The position numbers and the translations under genes were made by a program. A DNA stretch of 64,000 nt from Methanobacteriota archaeon (GTDB lineage: Archaea > Thermoplasmatota > E2 > DHVEG-1): positions 320,001 to 384,000 of the forward strand of contig CAVYNH010000006.1 of assembly GCA_963769885.1 (NCBI GenBank), in the 5' to 3' direction. Position 1 is the first letter of the stretch. The number at the start of each line of letters is the position of its first letter. This document shows positions 29,528 through 41,000 of the stretch, piece after piece. Below the pieces are notes generated by a model. The model worked only from the letters and a program-made list of their open reading frames with translations. It searched no databases and was not told where the DNA came from.

Positions 29528-30808
29528 TTATTTTACATTCAGGACGAACTTCAAGAGGACGAACCCGTGGTAGGTTTTCGCCTCGGCGCCCGCGGTGACC
29601 TGAATCGTCACTCTCCCGATTCCCATGGGGGCGTCGGTGGCGTACCCTTTCTGACCGGGGCCGAGCAGCGTGAAGTTCCCGGCGTTCGACTTGCCCTTCA
29701 GGATGAAGCCGCCGGTCAGAGTAATGGTCCAGTGGATGTCCGTGATGTTGATATCGCTGCCGGTGTTCTGAATGGTCGCATTGATGCCCTTTCCACCCTT
29801 GCAGCCGATAATCGACAGCGGGATCTTGTTGATCGTTACGGTGGCGTTGTCCGTGACGGTCGCCTTCGCTGAGTCGGTGACGGTCAGGGTCGCGGTGTAG
29901 TCTTCGACCTCGCCGTAGGCGTGGGTGGGGTTTTGGTCAGGTGAGACTTGGCCGTCGCCGAACTGCCAGGCCCAGGTGTAGGGTGGGGTGCCGCCGGCCG
30001 CGGTTCCATTGAACTGGATAGGAACGTTGATGTAGGCTTCGTAAGGTCCGTCCGCGTCACAGCTGAGGGGAACAGGGGGAACGTACTCGACGAGCGAGAG
30101 GTCGTCCCAATAGACAGTAGTCGTGGTGGTATCGCCGGAGTAGAGGTCGACGCAGGCGAGGTTCTGGGCGCCGCCCGTGGCGACGTGGTTTTTCCAGCTT
30201 GTCGCCGCTTCGAATAGTTTGCCGTCTATGTAAACATTAAATTTATCGGCGGTAAGGTTGATATCGACGACGATTTTCACCCACTTGCTCAAGTTGATGG
30301 ATACGTTATAGGATACGGCATTGGAGTCCCAGATGTGGCCGGTCTGTGCGCCGAAAAAGAGTTGCAGGGACCAGTCGGGGCTGTTGTGGGCGGTGCCGGG
30401 GGTGTAGGTGTTCATGAGGATAAACATCTGATTGCCGGTTTCCGTCGCGGGCACGTAGAGCCAGGCGGTGTAGATCCAGCGGCCCATGGTATAACCGCTG
30501 TATTGGTGAACCATGTCCTGAGCCACAGAGACGTTCCATTTGCTGTCATATGAGTTGGAAGGGCTGTGGGATTGGGCGTTGCTGACTTTGCCGTTGGCCG
30601 CTGCGGTATTGTCCCAGGGTGCCCAGCCGCCTTGGCCGCCAAGGTAGCTCCCTGCGGCGTACGAGTCGAAGTTCTCGTACCAGTCAGTGGTGGCGGGTCT
30701 CCGTGTTTGGTTTGATGTCTTGATGTTTGACGCGAGAACGATACCAGCTCCAAGCATCAGGAAGGTGATTCCTAATGCTAATATAGGTTGACACACGCGT
30801 GTATGCAA
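29528..30808 (-). CDS. Secreted protein: lectin-like domain, PKD and shared C-terminal domain
   Basis: Signal peptide; WYENFDSY; WQFGDG..NPTHAY. Confidence 0.85.
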   Translation of the reverse strand: MHTRVCQPILALGITFLMLGAGIVLASNIKTSNQTRRPATTDWYENFDSYAAGSYLGGQGGWAPWDNTAAANGKVSNAQSHSPSNSYDSKWNVSVAQDMVHQYSGYTMGRWIYTAWLYVPATETGNQMFILMNTYTPGTAHNSPDWSLQLFFGAQTGHIWDSNAVSYNVSINLSKWVKIVVDINLTADKFNVYIDGKLFEAATSWKNHVATGGAQNLACVDLYSGDTTTTTVYWDDLSLVEYVPPVPLSCDADGPYEAYINVPIQFNGTAAGGTPPYTWAWQFGDGQVSPDQNPTHAYGEVEDYTATLTVTDSAKATVTDNATVTINKIPLSIIGCKGGKGINATIQNTGSDINITDIHWTITLTGGFILKGKSNAGNFTLLGPGQKGYATDAPMGIGRVTIQVTAGAEAKTYHGFVLLKFVLNVK

Positions 30809-31081
30809 TTCCTTCTGCCTCCCTTACTAAAGCTTCGAATGGAACTCGACAGATTTAAATGTTTCTTTTCTAATAATATCGAGAAAAATGTAACAAATGG
30901 GAAAAAAGAGGGGCTGTTCGACATTTTTCCTTTCAATATCTACCGATAAATAACGGATAATTTCTTTATATAGTTGGAGAGGAACCAGGGGATAGAACCC
31001 CCGCACCGACGTCATGCACAGTATCGGGGCTGCGAACCTTTTTTATAGGAAGACCGCCCTTTCTTTCCCTGAGGCTTTCCT

Positions 31082-32554
31082 ATGATCCGAAGACTCCTCG
31101 TTCTCACCACCGCCGCCCTCCTGATTACAACCTTGCTGCCGGTCCCGATTCAGGCGACACCGAAGACCGGCCCTGCCCTACCTGATTGGCCCGACGGGAC
31201 CTTCCAGGGGACCTGGCAGAGTCCACTCATCAGCGGCACCCTCTCCGGCACCTTCGACCAAGGCCGACGTAACACCATCGGCACCTTCTCCGCCACTTGG
31301 ACCACCGCCAACACCACCGAACACCTCACCGGCTTCTTCCTCGGCCGCCTCTTCTTCGGCACCCGCAATGGCACCAACCAGGCCTTCTTCGGCCATATCA
31401 CCACCAGCGACACCAACTTCACCGGCCGCCTCCTCCTCCAAGGCGAAGGCCTCATCCGCATCACCGGCCACTACCAAGCCAGCTTCCTCCCCGCCCTCAC
31501 CGGCCCATATCATATCGGCGTCCAAAGCTTCCACCTCGTCGACCCCGACCGCCCCGAAAACTTCACCACCGACCCCATGGACGTCCGGGAATTCATGGTC
31601 AACCTCTGGTACCCACTCGACCCCAACGCCTCCGGCACCCCAGACCTCTACATGGACCCCCCGACATTCCTGTGGCTCAAGAACCAGTCCCCTATCCCCC
31701 TCATCTCCATCCCCAACAACGCCTATGAATTCGTCCATCCGCACGGCCACCAAGGCGCCCTCATCGCCCCCGGGCTGCACCCGATCCTCGTCTTCTCCCC
31801 CGGCTATGACGGCGTCTACCAGATCTACACCTCCCTCATCGAAGACCTCGCCAGCCACGGCTTCGTCGTCGCCGCCATCAACCACCCCTACGTCTCCGGC
31901 ATCACCGTCTTCCCCGACGGCCACACCGTCGACATCGCCACACCCCCCACCGACCCCGTCGAACGCGTAGCCTTCATGAACATGTCCCTGCGGACAATCG
32001 TAGAAGACGCCAAGACCACCATTGATTTCCTCACCGGACTGAACGCAACCAACTCCACCTTCGGCGGCACCCTCGACCTCGGATGCGTCGGCATGTTCGG
32101 CCACTCCTTCGGCGGCGGCAACACCGGCGTCTGCCTCCTCGAAGACGCCCGCGTCAAGGCCGGGCTGACCCTCGACGGCTACTTTACTCCTAGCTTCATG
32201 AACGGCACCATCGACAAGCCCCTCCTCATGATGGTCCAGGAGGCACGCTTCGCGAACGACAGCAACACCATGTACGTCTGGAACCACACCTCCGCCGACG
32301 TCTTCAAGGTCGGCATCAACGGCTCCACCCACTACGCCTTCACCGATGTCGGCGTCCTACTCTCCCACCTCGTCCCCCTCATCCCCCCCAAGCTCCTCGG
32401 CTTCGGGACAATCCCGCCGAAGCGCATGGTGAACCTCACCCGAACCTATGAGGTCGCCTTCTTCGAAGTCTACCTCGACGGCAGGCCCCTCCAGGACCTC
32501 CTCAACCTCTCCGCCCGCTTCCCTGAAGCCATGGTCGACTACCGACTCGGGTAG
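31082..32554 (+). CDS. Secreted alpha/beta hydrolase (PAF-acetylhydrolase-like)
   Basis: Signal peptide; FSPGY, LASHGFVV, GHSFGG, LDG, HYAFTD. Confidence 0.9.
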   Translation: MIRRLLVLTTAALLITTLLPVPIQATPKTGPALPDWPDGTFQGTWQSPLISGTLSGTFDQGRRNTIGTFSATWTTANTTEHLTGFFLGRLFFGTRNGTNQAFFGHITTSDTNFTGRLLLQGEGLIRITGHYQASFLPALTGPYHIGVQSFHLVDPDRPENFTTDPMDVREFMVNLWYPLDPNASGTPDLYMDPPTFLWLKNQSPIPLISIPNNAYEFVHPHGHQGALIAPGLHPILVFSPGYDGVYQIYTSLIEDLASHGFVVAAINHPYVSGITVFPDGHTVDIATPPTDPVERVAFMNMSLRTIVEDAKTTIDFLTGLNATNSTFGGTLDLGCVGMFGHSFGGGNTGVCLLEDARVKAGLTLDGYFTPSFMNGTIDKPLLMMVQEARFANDSNTMYVWNHTSADVFKVGINGSTHYAFTDVGVLLSHLVPLIPPKLLGFGTIPPKRMVNLTRTYEVAFFEVYLDGRPLQDLLNLSARFPEAMVDYRLG

Positions 32555-32561
32555 ACCTATC

Positions 32562-33017
32562 ATGCCGCAGGCCGTCACCTGTGTCCTCATGCATCAGGGA
32601 AAGGTGCTACTCCTGCGTCGCAGCGACCGCGTCCGCACCTACAAAGGCCTCTGGGGCGGCGTCGCCGGCTACGTCGAACCCGGCGAACAGCCCCTACAGA
32701 CCGCCTACAAGGAGCTACGCGAGGAGACCGGCCTCACCCCCGACCTCGTCCGTCTCGTGGCCCAGGCAGAGCCGATTGCCTTTACCGACGTCTACCAAGG
32801 TGAACGGTACGACTGGACCATCCATCCCTTCCTCTTCGAACTCCTCAAGGATAAAAACCTCAAGATCGACTGGGAACACTCAGAGTACCGCTGGGTAAAA
32901 AACAAGGACCTCCCCGCCTACCAGACCGTCCCCCATTTCCCGGAGACCGTTCGACGCCTAACGCGGAAGAAGCGGATGGGGGAGCGTGGAGGTGTGGTGA
33001 GGAAGAGAGAGGAATGA
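32562..33017 (+). CDS. NUDIX hydrolase
   Basis: GYVEPGE..AYKELREETG Nudix box; WEHSEYRW. Confidence 0.92.
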   Translation: MPQAVTCVLMHQGKVLLLRRSDRVRTYKGLWGGVAGYVEPGEQPLQTAYKELREETGLTPDLVRLVAQAEPIAFTDVYQGERYDWTIHPFLFELLKDKNLKIDWEHSEYRWVKNKDLPAYQTVPHFPETVRRLTRKKRMGERGGVVRKREE

Positions 33018-33040
33018 GAAATTGCAGGCTCCCCATCCAT
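32974..33040 (-). ncRNA. Candidate hairpin sRNA, unit 3
   Basis: Minus-strand TATA (TTTAAATA, 33061-33068); GGATGGGGAGC...GCTCCCCCATCC stem; loop contains CACCTCC. Confidence 0.45.
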
Positions 33041-33131
33041 AAAAAAAGTCTCTTTGTGAGTATTTAAATCTTCTCTTTACGATAGTTATCCATTTCATGA
33101 AAAAGAAAAGAGAAGAGCCCTCCTCCCAGGC

Positions 33132-33716
33132 CTAGTCTGCCGATGAGCGCTTATCCAACACATCCAAGATCCGCGAGATCTCCGCGGCCGTCTCCTCCAA
33201 CGGCCTGCTCGTATTGATGATGAACCACCCCGTCGCTAATCCGATCGCCTTCGACCGCACCTTCATGAACTCCTCCAACGTCTCAAACATCTCCGTCTCC
33301 GACCGCTGCTTGATCCGCTGCACCAGCTCCTGCGGCGACGCATCCAAAAAAAACAGATAACACGACGTCGGCACCAACTTCTCAAAAAACCGGTACCCCA
33401 GCCGCGCCAGCCGATGCGGCAGATACGCCGTCCCCATCAAATACCGCACCATGATCAACGTATCCGCCTGCGGATGCCGATAATACTTCCGCAGCGAATT
33501 CAACACATCCAACGCATAAAAAACACCGGCCCGCACCTGATTCAACCGCCCCTCCGCCAGCAGCGCCTGCTTCGCCCGACGACCATACAGGTTATCCACC
33601 GACGGATGCGACCGGACGATGACCGTCTCCCCCCGCGCCTCATACCGCTCCCTGATCAACGCCGCATGCGTATCCTTCCCCACCCCATCCAACCCATCCA
33701 CCACAATCAACCGCAC
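33132..33716 (-). CDS. tmk: Thymidylate kinase
   Basis: IVVDGLDGVGKDT P-loop; RY motif; FLDASP. Confidence 0.85.
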   Translation of the reverse strand: MRLIVVDGLDGVGKDTHAALIRERYEARGETVIVRSHPSVDNLYGRRAKQALLAEGRLNQVRAGVFYALDVLNSLRKYYRHPQADTLIMVRYLMGTAYLPHRLARLGYRFFEKLVPTSCYLFFLDASPQELVQRIKQRSETEMFETLEEFMKVRSKAIGLATGWFIINTSRPLEETAAEISRILDVLDKRSSAD

Positions 33717-33717
33717 C

Positions 33718-34410
33718 CTACACCACCACCAACAGCCAAAACACCACCGCCACCACGAACGGCACCGACAGATTATCCAACCCAAGCGGCGTCACCGCCT
33801 CCACCGCCGCCGCAAGCACAGAAATCCCCGCCAACGCCGCCAACAACACCGGCCACGACGGCAGCACGGAGACAGACCCGACCGCCAGATAAAACACCAC
33901 GGCAACAATCAACATCAGAAACGTCGCCAGCGCCATCACCAGCGACCCCACATAGCTCTTGGTATCATGAAACACCGTATACTTCCGTTTCCCATACTTC
34001 ACGCCAATCAGCGATGCCAGCCCATCCCCATACGACATCGCCAGAATCCCCGCCGCGATTATCACCCGTACATCAAAAAACACATACGCGAGCGCCGTCC
34101 ACGTGATCGCATAATACACCAGCCCCAGCCCATGCCCAGCCTCCGACGTCCGCCCCCGCAGCCGCTTCACCGGCGAATACGGACTCATCAAAAACGTAAA
34201 CAGGATAAACGGCCCCGCCGCCACAAACGCCATCACCCACCGCGTCTCAAACACCGGCAGCAAAAACGCCACATTCCCCGTCAAAATATGCAACAATTTC
34301 CGACTCTGCAACGGCCACCGCTTCGACAGCACCTTCTCCGTCAACACCAACAGAAACGCCACATACCCGTACACCACCGCGACACCAATCAGATCCCCGT
34401 ACCCAACCAC
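33718..34410 (-). CDS. Dolichol/phytol kinase family protein
   Basis: SRKLLH, GDGLASLIG..G, KSYVGS, DNLSVP. Confidence 0.9.
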   Translation of the reverse strand: MVGYGDLIGVAVVYGYVAFLLVLTEKVLSKRWPLQSRKLLHILTGNVAFLLPVFETRWVMAFVAAGPFILFTFLMSPYSPVKRLRGRTSEAGHGLGLVYYAITWTALAYVFFDVRVIIAAGILAMSYGDGLASLIGVKYGKRKYTVFHDTKSYVGSLVMALATFLMLIVAVVFYLAVGSVSVLPSWPVLLAALAGISVLAAAVEAVTPLGLDNLSVPFVVAVVFWLLVVV

Positions 34411-34411
34411 C

Positions 34412-35305
34412 CTAGCCCACGCCTCCTATGAAGACACCGATCAAGAACCCAAACAACCCCACCGCCAACGCCAGCAGCGTCACCCGCCGCAGCCGCTTGA
34501 AATCCACATGACGATGCCGCAGCAGCTGCACCGACGCCCCGATCAACATCAAATCAGTCACCACGATGAACGCGAGATAAACGTAATTCCAATAATAGTG
34601 GTTCCCCGGCCAGTTCACCCCAAACGGCACGACACTCAACGCCACCGCAGCCAGATAAAACCCGACGGCCAACACCCCCGCCCCCCGCAGGCCCAGATAC
34701 CGCGGGAACGATTTCACCCCCATCGCCTCGTCGCCCGCAAAATCCTGGATATCCTTCATCACCTCCCGGCCGGCCCCGGCCAGGAACGCGATCACCGCCA
34801 CCATCAGGATCGACGGCTGTAACGCCCCAAGCCCGCCAGTGCGGGGGATGACGGCTACGCCGCCGAACACGAACGGGATCGCCATCACGTACGCGATGAA
34901 GAAGTTCCCGACCACCTTCACCCTCTTCAACACTACATCGTAGACCAACGCAAAGAGCGCCGTCACCACCGCGATGACAAAACACGGCAGGTTCACAAAG
35001 AACGCGGCCAGAAGCCCCAACGGGAACAACACCGCGGCGATGACAACCGTCGCTCGAGGCGACAAGTCACCGCGGACCAATGGCCGATCCACCCGTTTGT
35101 TCCGTCGATCGATTTCCAGATCGTAGTAATCGTTTAATGCAAACGTGCTCGCCTCCAGGAACAAGGCGACGCAGAACACCAACAGGAACATCGGCCATGG
35201 AGGCAAGGCCGGGACCGCGATGACCGCGCCGACCAGGATGCCCAACGCCAGCATCACGCCGTGCTCAAGCCGCAGCAGCTGCCAAATCGCCCTGGCTGTA
35301 TGCAT
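34412..35305 (-). CDS. UbiA family prenyltransferase (DGGGP synthase)
   Basis: NDYYDLEIDRRNK..RPL, REVMKDIQDFAGD. Confidence 0.9.
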   Translation of the reverse strand: MHTARAIWQLLRLEHGVMLALGILVGAVIAVPALPPWPMFLLVFCVALFLEASTFALNDYYDLEIDRRNKRVDRPLVRGDLSPRATVVIAAVLFPLGLLAAFFVNLPCFVIAVVTALFALVYDVVLKRVKVVGNFFIAYVMAIPFVFGGVAVIPRTGGLGALQPSILMVAVIAFLAGAGREVMKDIQDFAGDEAMGVKSFPRYLGLRGAGVLAVGFYLAAVALSVVPFGVNWPGNHYYWNYVYLAFIVVTDLMLIGASVQLLRHRHVDFKRLRRVTLLALAVGLFGFLIGVFIGGVG

Positions 35306-35428
35306 ACCCAGCCCCACCAAATCACCAGAATCATTAAGAACTCATCGGCAACAATTCTTTCAATTATGACAAAACGTCTTTAAACTCATGCGCCGTTCCT
35401 TTCCGCAGGAACGAGAGCGAAAGGGGGC

Positions 35429-36454
35429 GTGGCTCGCATACGGGTGGATATCGTCGGCGGCAGTCTCAGCGGTCTCTGCACCGCGATTTCTCTGAAAAAG
35501 CACGACCCAGCCATCGACGTCGTCGTACACGAGAAATACAAACAGATCGGCTACAACCACGAGGGCCGGCGCTGCGGCGAAGCCCACAACGTCGAACGAG
35601 AATGGGCACACTGGAAACCCGAGCCTGCCAGCATCTTCAACGAGATCCATTCGGGCACAGTCACCATCGGCACCCATGACTACCATGCCTCGCAACCACC
35701 CGGCCGAGCGTACATTCTCAACCGCCAGGAATTTATCTGCCAGTTCTACCGTCAGGCACAACAACTGGGAGCGGCAATCCTCACCGGAGACCGAGTCAAG
35801 TCCGCAGATGACCTCGACGGAGACTTCATCGTTGATGCTTCCGGCTGCCCGAGCACCATCAAACGCGACCTCGGCTTGCCCCCGAGGTTCTATGGCACCA
35901 CGTATCAACAGACCATCGAGCATTCGAACTTCTATACTCCGCACATGGTTAGGATCATCTATACTCGTGACATGGGGTACTTTTGGATTTTCCCCCGGGA
36001 CCCGCAGAAACAGGAGATCAATCTCGGCATCGGCGTCCTCGGCGAACCAAACCACAACCTTAAAAACATCCTCGAGAAATTCAAAGCTGAACAAGGGATT
36101 AGCGGCGCCGTTAACTATACGGTCGGCGGGCTCGTCCCCCTGGGTCTGCAATATCCCCTTCGTCACGAGAACATCCTGTTCGTTGGTGATGCGGGAGTCG
36201 GCGCCTTTCCCTTTCTCGGCCAGGGCATCTACCGAGCCCTGCTCAGTGGCGACGCCGCCGGTAAATACCTCGCGCAACATCAACCAAAAAAATACCCGCT
36301 TGCCATGCAGCGTCTGTTCATCAAATGGGACGTGATTGGTCTTTTATTCATGAAAGCAAACATGTTACTTCGGAAAGTCCGTCCTACATTTTATCTTGAC
36401 TCCATGAACTTCCTGGCGCAGAGAGGAGGCGAGGAACTCAGCCTCTTCCATTAA
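35429..36454 (+). CDS. Geranylgeranyl reductase-like FAD oxidoreductase
   Basis: IVGGSLSG, VDASG, GYFWIFP, VGDA..GQGI. Confidence 0.85.
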   Translation: MARIRVDIVGGSLSGLCTAISLKKHDPAIDVVVHEKYKQIGYNHEGRRCGEAHNVEREWAHWKPEPASIFNEIHSGTVTIGTHDYHASQPPGRAYILNRQEFICQFYRQAQQLGAAILTGDRVKSADDLDGDFIVDASGCPSTIKRDLGLPPRFYGTTYQQTIEHSNFYTPHMVRIIYTRDMGYFWIFPRDPQKQEINLGIGVLGEPNHNLKNILEKFKAEQGISGAVNYTVGGLVPLGLQYPLRHENILFVGDAGVGAFPFLGQGIYRALLSGDAAGKYLAQHQPKKYPLAMQRLFIKWDVIGLLFMKANMLLRKVRPTFYLDSMNFLAQRGGEELSLFH

Positions 36455-36471
36455 CAAAACAGCTCAAGGGA

Positions 36472-37503
36472 TCATGGTTCGAGGATGACCTTGATGGAAT
36501 CCTGGGCGCTGGCGACCAGGGCGAAGCCCTTCGCCGCCTCCCGCAGAGGCAGACGGTGGGTGATCAGATCCGCGGTCTCTACCTGCTTGCTGGCGAGGAG
36601 ATTGATTGCCTCCGAGATGTCCCGGGGACTTCCCGCATAGGTTGAGACGAGTCGCAGCTGGCGGTTCCAGACGTCGAAGAGATCCACGGGGATCTTCGTT
36701 CCTGGTTCCGTCGGTGCGAAGAAGAGCACGGTCCCTCCCGGCCGGACGCTGGAGAGCGCCTGCTGCACGGCCGGTGGGGCTCCCGTGCAGGTCACGGCAA
36801 GGTCAACATATTGGCCCCCGGTCGCGTTTTTCACGGCGAGGGGGACGTCGTCTCGGGCGTTGATAGTGACGTCGGCCCCGCTTTTCTGGGCGGCCTTGAG
36901 GCGGTAGTCGGTGATGTCGGTGGCGATGATCTGGCGGGTGCCCCAGGCTCTGGCGAGCTTGATGAACAGGAGCCCGGAGATGCCGCTGCCGAGGACGAGG
37001 ATGCGTTGGCCTGCGGTGAAATTGGCCTGGTGGAGGCCGCGGATGACGCAGGCGAGCGGTTCGATGAAGACGCCGTCGTCGTAGGAGACGGAGTCCGGGA
37101 GTTTGAAGACGCCGCGGTCGACGTTGATGGCGGGGACGCGGAGGTACTCGACGAAGCCGCCGGGGTCGAAGTTCGTGGAGTGGAGGGTGTGGCAGAGGGT
37201 CTGTTGGCCGTGGAGGCAGTAGGTGCAGGTGTTGCAGGGGACGTGGTGGGAGATGAAGACGCGGTCGCCGACCTTGTAGTCGGTGATGTTCTTGCCGACT
37301 TTGGTGATGTCGCCGGTGATTTCGTGGCCGAGGACGCGGGGGGCTTTTTTGATGCGGTACCATTCCATGACGTCGCTGCCGCAGATGCCGCTGGCCTTGA
37401 CTTTGACGAGGAGCTCGTCGTCGGTGATGGTGGGGATGGGTCGTTGTTCGATGCGGACGTCGTGGTTGTTGTAGTAGACGGCGACGGTCATGGTGTTAGG
37501 CAT
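36472..37503 (-). CDS. Zn-dependent alcohol/polyol dehydrogenase
   Basis: GICGSD, GHE, CxxCxxC, EPLAC. Confidence 0.93.
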   Translation of the reverse strand: MPNTMTVAVYYNNHDVRIEQRPIPTITDDELLVKVKASGICGSDVMEWYRIKKAPRVLGHEITGDITKVGKNITDYKVGDRVFISHHVPCNTCTYCLHGQQTLCHTLHSTNFDPGGFVEYLRVPAINVDRGVFKLPDSVSYDDGVFIEPLACVIRGLHQANFTAGQRILVLGSGISGLLFIKLARAWGTRQIIATDITDYRLKAAQKSGADVTINARDDVPLAVKNATGGQYVDLAVTCTGAPPAVQQALSSVRPGGTVLFFAPTEPGTKIPVDLFDVWNRQLRLVSTYAGSPRDISEAINLLASKQVETADLITHRLPLREAAKGFALVASAQDSIKVILEP

Positions 37504-38006
37504 AGCTGGTGGTCCTCGGGGTTTGGGTATAGGATGATGGGTTAATAAAAGTTCGAGGAGCCCTCGAGAGAAGGTCTGGGTGCGCCGAGGAGGTCTATCC
37601 GTAGGGGACGGCTTTTACGAATCCGAAGCCGCAAGGTTCCGTGCTGAGGTAAATGATGACGTTGGTGATGATGAAGCTTTCTTCTGAGTGGTACCGGGTA
37701 AGAGCAAGGGGATGGAACGTGATTGTGAAGAGGATGTAGGCCGTGAGGACAACGTTCGAACCGATGGTTTCGCTGTCGGTGCGACCGCGGAGAAACATCA
37801 GCTGTGATTCGATTGTCTTCGGTTAAAGTTTGGTGTAGCCTCAGTATCTCCAGGTAGAGTTAGCGCCGATGAGGATGTCTTAGAGGGTGAGGCCTTGGTC
37901 CTCGGGTGTCATTGTAAAAGTGTATTGTAAATCATTCTTTAATTGTAATAAAAGAGTATTAAAAAAAGGAAGAGGGGGGAGGAGGTCTCCCCTTGGATTG
38001 TGGCTT

Positions 38007-41000
38007 TTACTTGAGACCGACAAGCTGTTTTGTGGGATTGGTGCTTGGGTTGCTTGGACTGCCTTGGGTGCTTCCTGAGCTTCCTTGGCCAGTGCTGCTG
38101 GGTGTGACTTGGGCGCTGGTCCCTGTGTTTCCGGCGTTGTCGTAGACGATGGCTTGGGCGACGTTTCCAGATCCGGAGTATCGGAACACATAGGGGGTTT
38201 CATTCACTGTACCGATGAAGTTGCCGTCGATGTAAAAGTCGACTCTAGCAATCCCGCTGGTTGCATCGGCGACCGTTGCGTTGAGGAGCCATCGAATCAG
38301 GCCGGTCCTGTTGACGGTGAGGGTGATGGTTGGTTTCGTTCGGTCTGATTTGAAGGTCACGGTTTTGTTGTCTTCTTTGTTGCCGCATTTGTCGATGGAG
38401 TAGTAGGTCAGCGTATGGATGGCGTCTTCGGTGACGAGGAACGGTACGGTGTAGGTTGTCCAGGGGTCGTCGTCGAGCTTGTATTTGGTGACAGCAATGC
38501 CTGCGGAGTCGTCTGTAGCGGTGAGGGTGATGCTGACCGCGCTGACGTACCAGTTGTTGTCTCCCATGGTGCCGCTGAGGGTGGATGTGGTCACCGGGGG
38601 TGTGGTGTCATGTGCGATGGTGAAGATGGCTTGTTTGGTGGCTTCTATGTTTCCTGCGAGGTCTTTACTGTAGTACGAGAAGGTGTAGTTGCCGTCTGCG
38701 GTGATGGTAATGGGTCCACCATACGCCGTCCAATTGGCGGTGTTGATCTTGTACATTGTGGCGTTCACTCCTGAGGTGGCGTCGGTAGTGTTCAGGAAAA
38801 TGGTGACGTTGGTGACGTATGTTCCATGGATTCCAATAAGTCCTTGAATGTCGATAGTCGTCGTTGGTGCGAGCTTGTCGATTTTCAGAGTCTGGGAGTG
38901 CGTTGTTTCTTGATGGCCGGCGTGGTCGATGCTATAGTATTGGACGGTGTGTTGGCCGGGGGTGGTAATGGCGAAGGGGGCGGTATAGATGTTCCAGCCT
39001 GTGTCCACCTTGTACCATGTCGTGTCAATGCCTGAGAGGGCATCGGTGGCTGTGAGAGTGACTGTGACGTTGCTGGTGTACCACGTGTTGTCGCCAAGGG
39101 TTCCGTTGATGATGATCGTGGTGACGGGGTTGACGGTGTCGAGGCCTGTGGATGCTTGGGCGCCGCCTGGGGTGGTTTGGACGTTGCCTTGGGTGTCGAT
39201 GGCGATGCTGTAGTATTGGTAGAAGCCATTGCTTCCGTTGAATGACCAGCTCCAGGGCCAGGTGTAGTCGGTGCTGTAGGCGGTCCATGCGGTCCAGTTC
39301 GTGCCGTGGGGTGAGTAGCGGTACCAGAGGGTGACGTTGGCGACGCCGGTGTTATCGTATGCGGTGGCTAAGATGTTGAAGGGTGCTGCGAGTTCCCATG
39401 TTGGGAGTGGACTGACTGAAGATGTAGGTTTATCGAACTCGGTGATGGTGAAGAAGTAGGTGCTGGAGATGGCGATATTTCCGCTGGTATCGTTTGCCCG
39501 AATGTGGTAGTAGTAGATGCCCATTGTTGAGTAAGTGTGGTTATAGTAGTAATGGCCGGTCATGGTCGCGTCGTGGGTGAATCCGTTGGGGTCGGTGATG
39601 TGGACCGTGACGGTTTTGACGCGGTTCCAGTTGTCCGTGACGGTGCAGCTGATGTTGACGGGTCTTGTGGTGTTCTGGACGTCTGGGGTTGCCTGGACTG
39701 CGGTGATGACGGGGGGAATGGTGTCGCGCGGGTTCATCAGTGGATAGTTATCGTGTCGGGCTGCGCCGCCTGGGATCGTGTAGGGGGTGTCTCCGATGCC
39801 GTCGCCGTTGGCGTCGATGCCTGTGTAATCGGACCAGAAGTTGCCCTCGCTGCCGTTGTCCCAGTAGTTGATGTATGTTCCCGTGCAGGCATCATAGCCG
39901 TTATTGACGACGTTAAAGCCGATATTATTGTGGTAGATCCGAGTTCCTCCGCAGTATGAGTAGCACATGACCCCGTAGCGGTTGTTGTAGATGTTGCAGT
40001 CTTTGACGAGGTTGTTGTGGGTCTGGTAGTCGAAGCGGATGCCGACGAAGTTGGTGTTGGTGCCGGTGAGGCCGTTGTTGTAGATGTTGCAGCCGATGAT
40101 GCTGTTGTTGACGTTGCCTTGGGACCAGTAGCCGGTTTGGTAGTTGTCGTGGAGGCTACAGTTGATGATCGTGTTGTAGGATGAGTCGTCCTGGGTTCGT
40201 ACGCCGGTGCTTTCGGCGTTGTTGTTGCCGTAGGATGTGCAGTTCATGATGGTGTTGTTTGCGGCTCGGACGTAGAGGTAGATGCCGTAGACGCTCGCTG
40301 AGAAGGTGCAGTCTTTGATCAGGCAGTTCGTTGAACCGATGATGAGGATTCCTGCCCCGTTATTGGAATTCTGAAAGTTTTGTACGGTGATGTTGTTGCA
40401 GTGGATCAAGGCGAGGAGGCCGATGTCGGTCACAGCGCCGTCGAGGACCTGATCCTGTTGGTTGACGAGGTAGTAGAGCGGTTTGCCGTTGATGATGTTG
40501 GAGGTGTCGATGTGGTTGGAGTCGTAATATTGCACGGCGTTTCCCATCATCCTGAAGTTGTACTGGTTGTTGTAGATGGTGTTGTTGTGCAGTGTGCAGT
40601 TGGTGGAGGTTGTGAGGAAAATGCCGCAGCCGGAGTATAGCGGGCATACTGTCGGCGGGGTGGAGCCTGTGCAGTTGTAGATTTCGTTGTCGAGGATTTC
40701 GCAATTAGTGCAGGCGAGGGCGTAGATGCCGAGGCCGACGGTGGTGGTGCCGACGAGGTTGTGGATGTCGTGGACGGTGCAGTTGATGACGCGGCTGTTC
40801 GTTGCCCGGGAGATATCGATGCCTGCTCTCGTATTGCCGTAGGTGATGCAATCCCTAACGGTGACGTTGTTTACATAGGGCGTAGAGGCGAGGAACAGGA
40901 GACCGGAGGCCCCGTTTTTGAGTGTGAATCCGCTCACGTTAAGCCTGCTTGACGTGATGTACATGACATTCCCGGTGCCGGAGCCGTCAATGATGACGGT

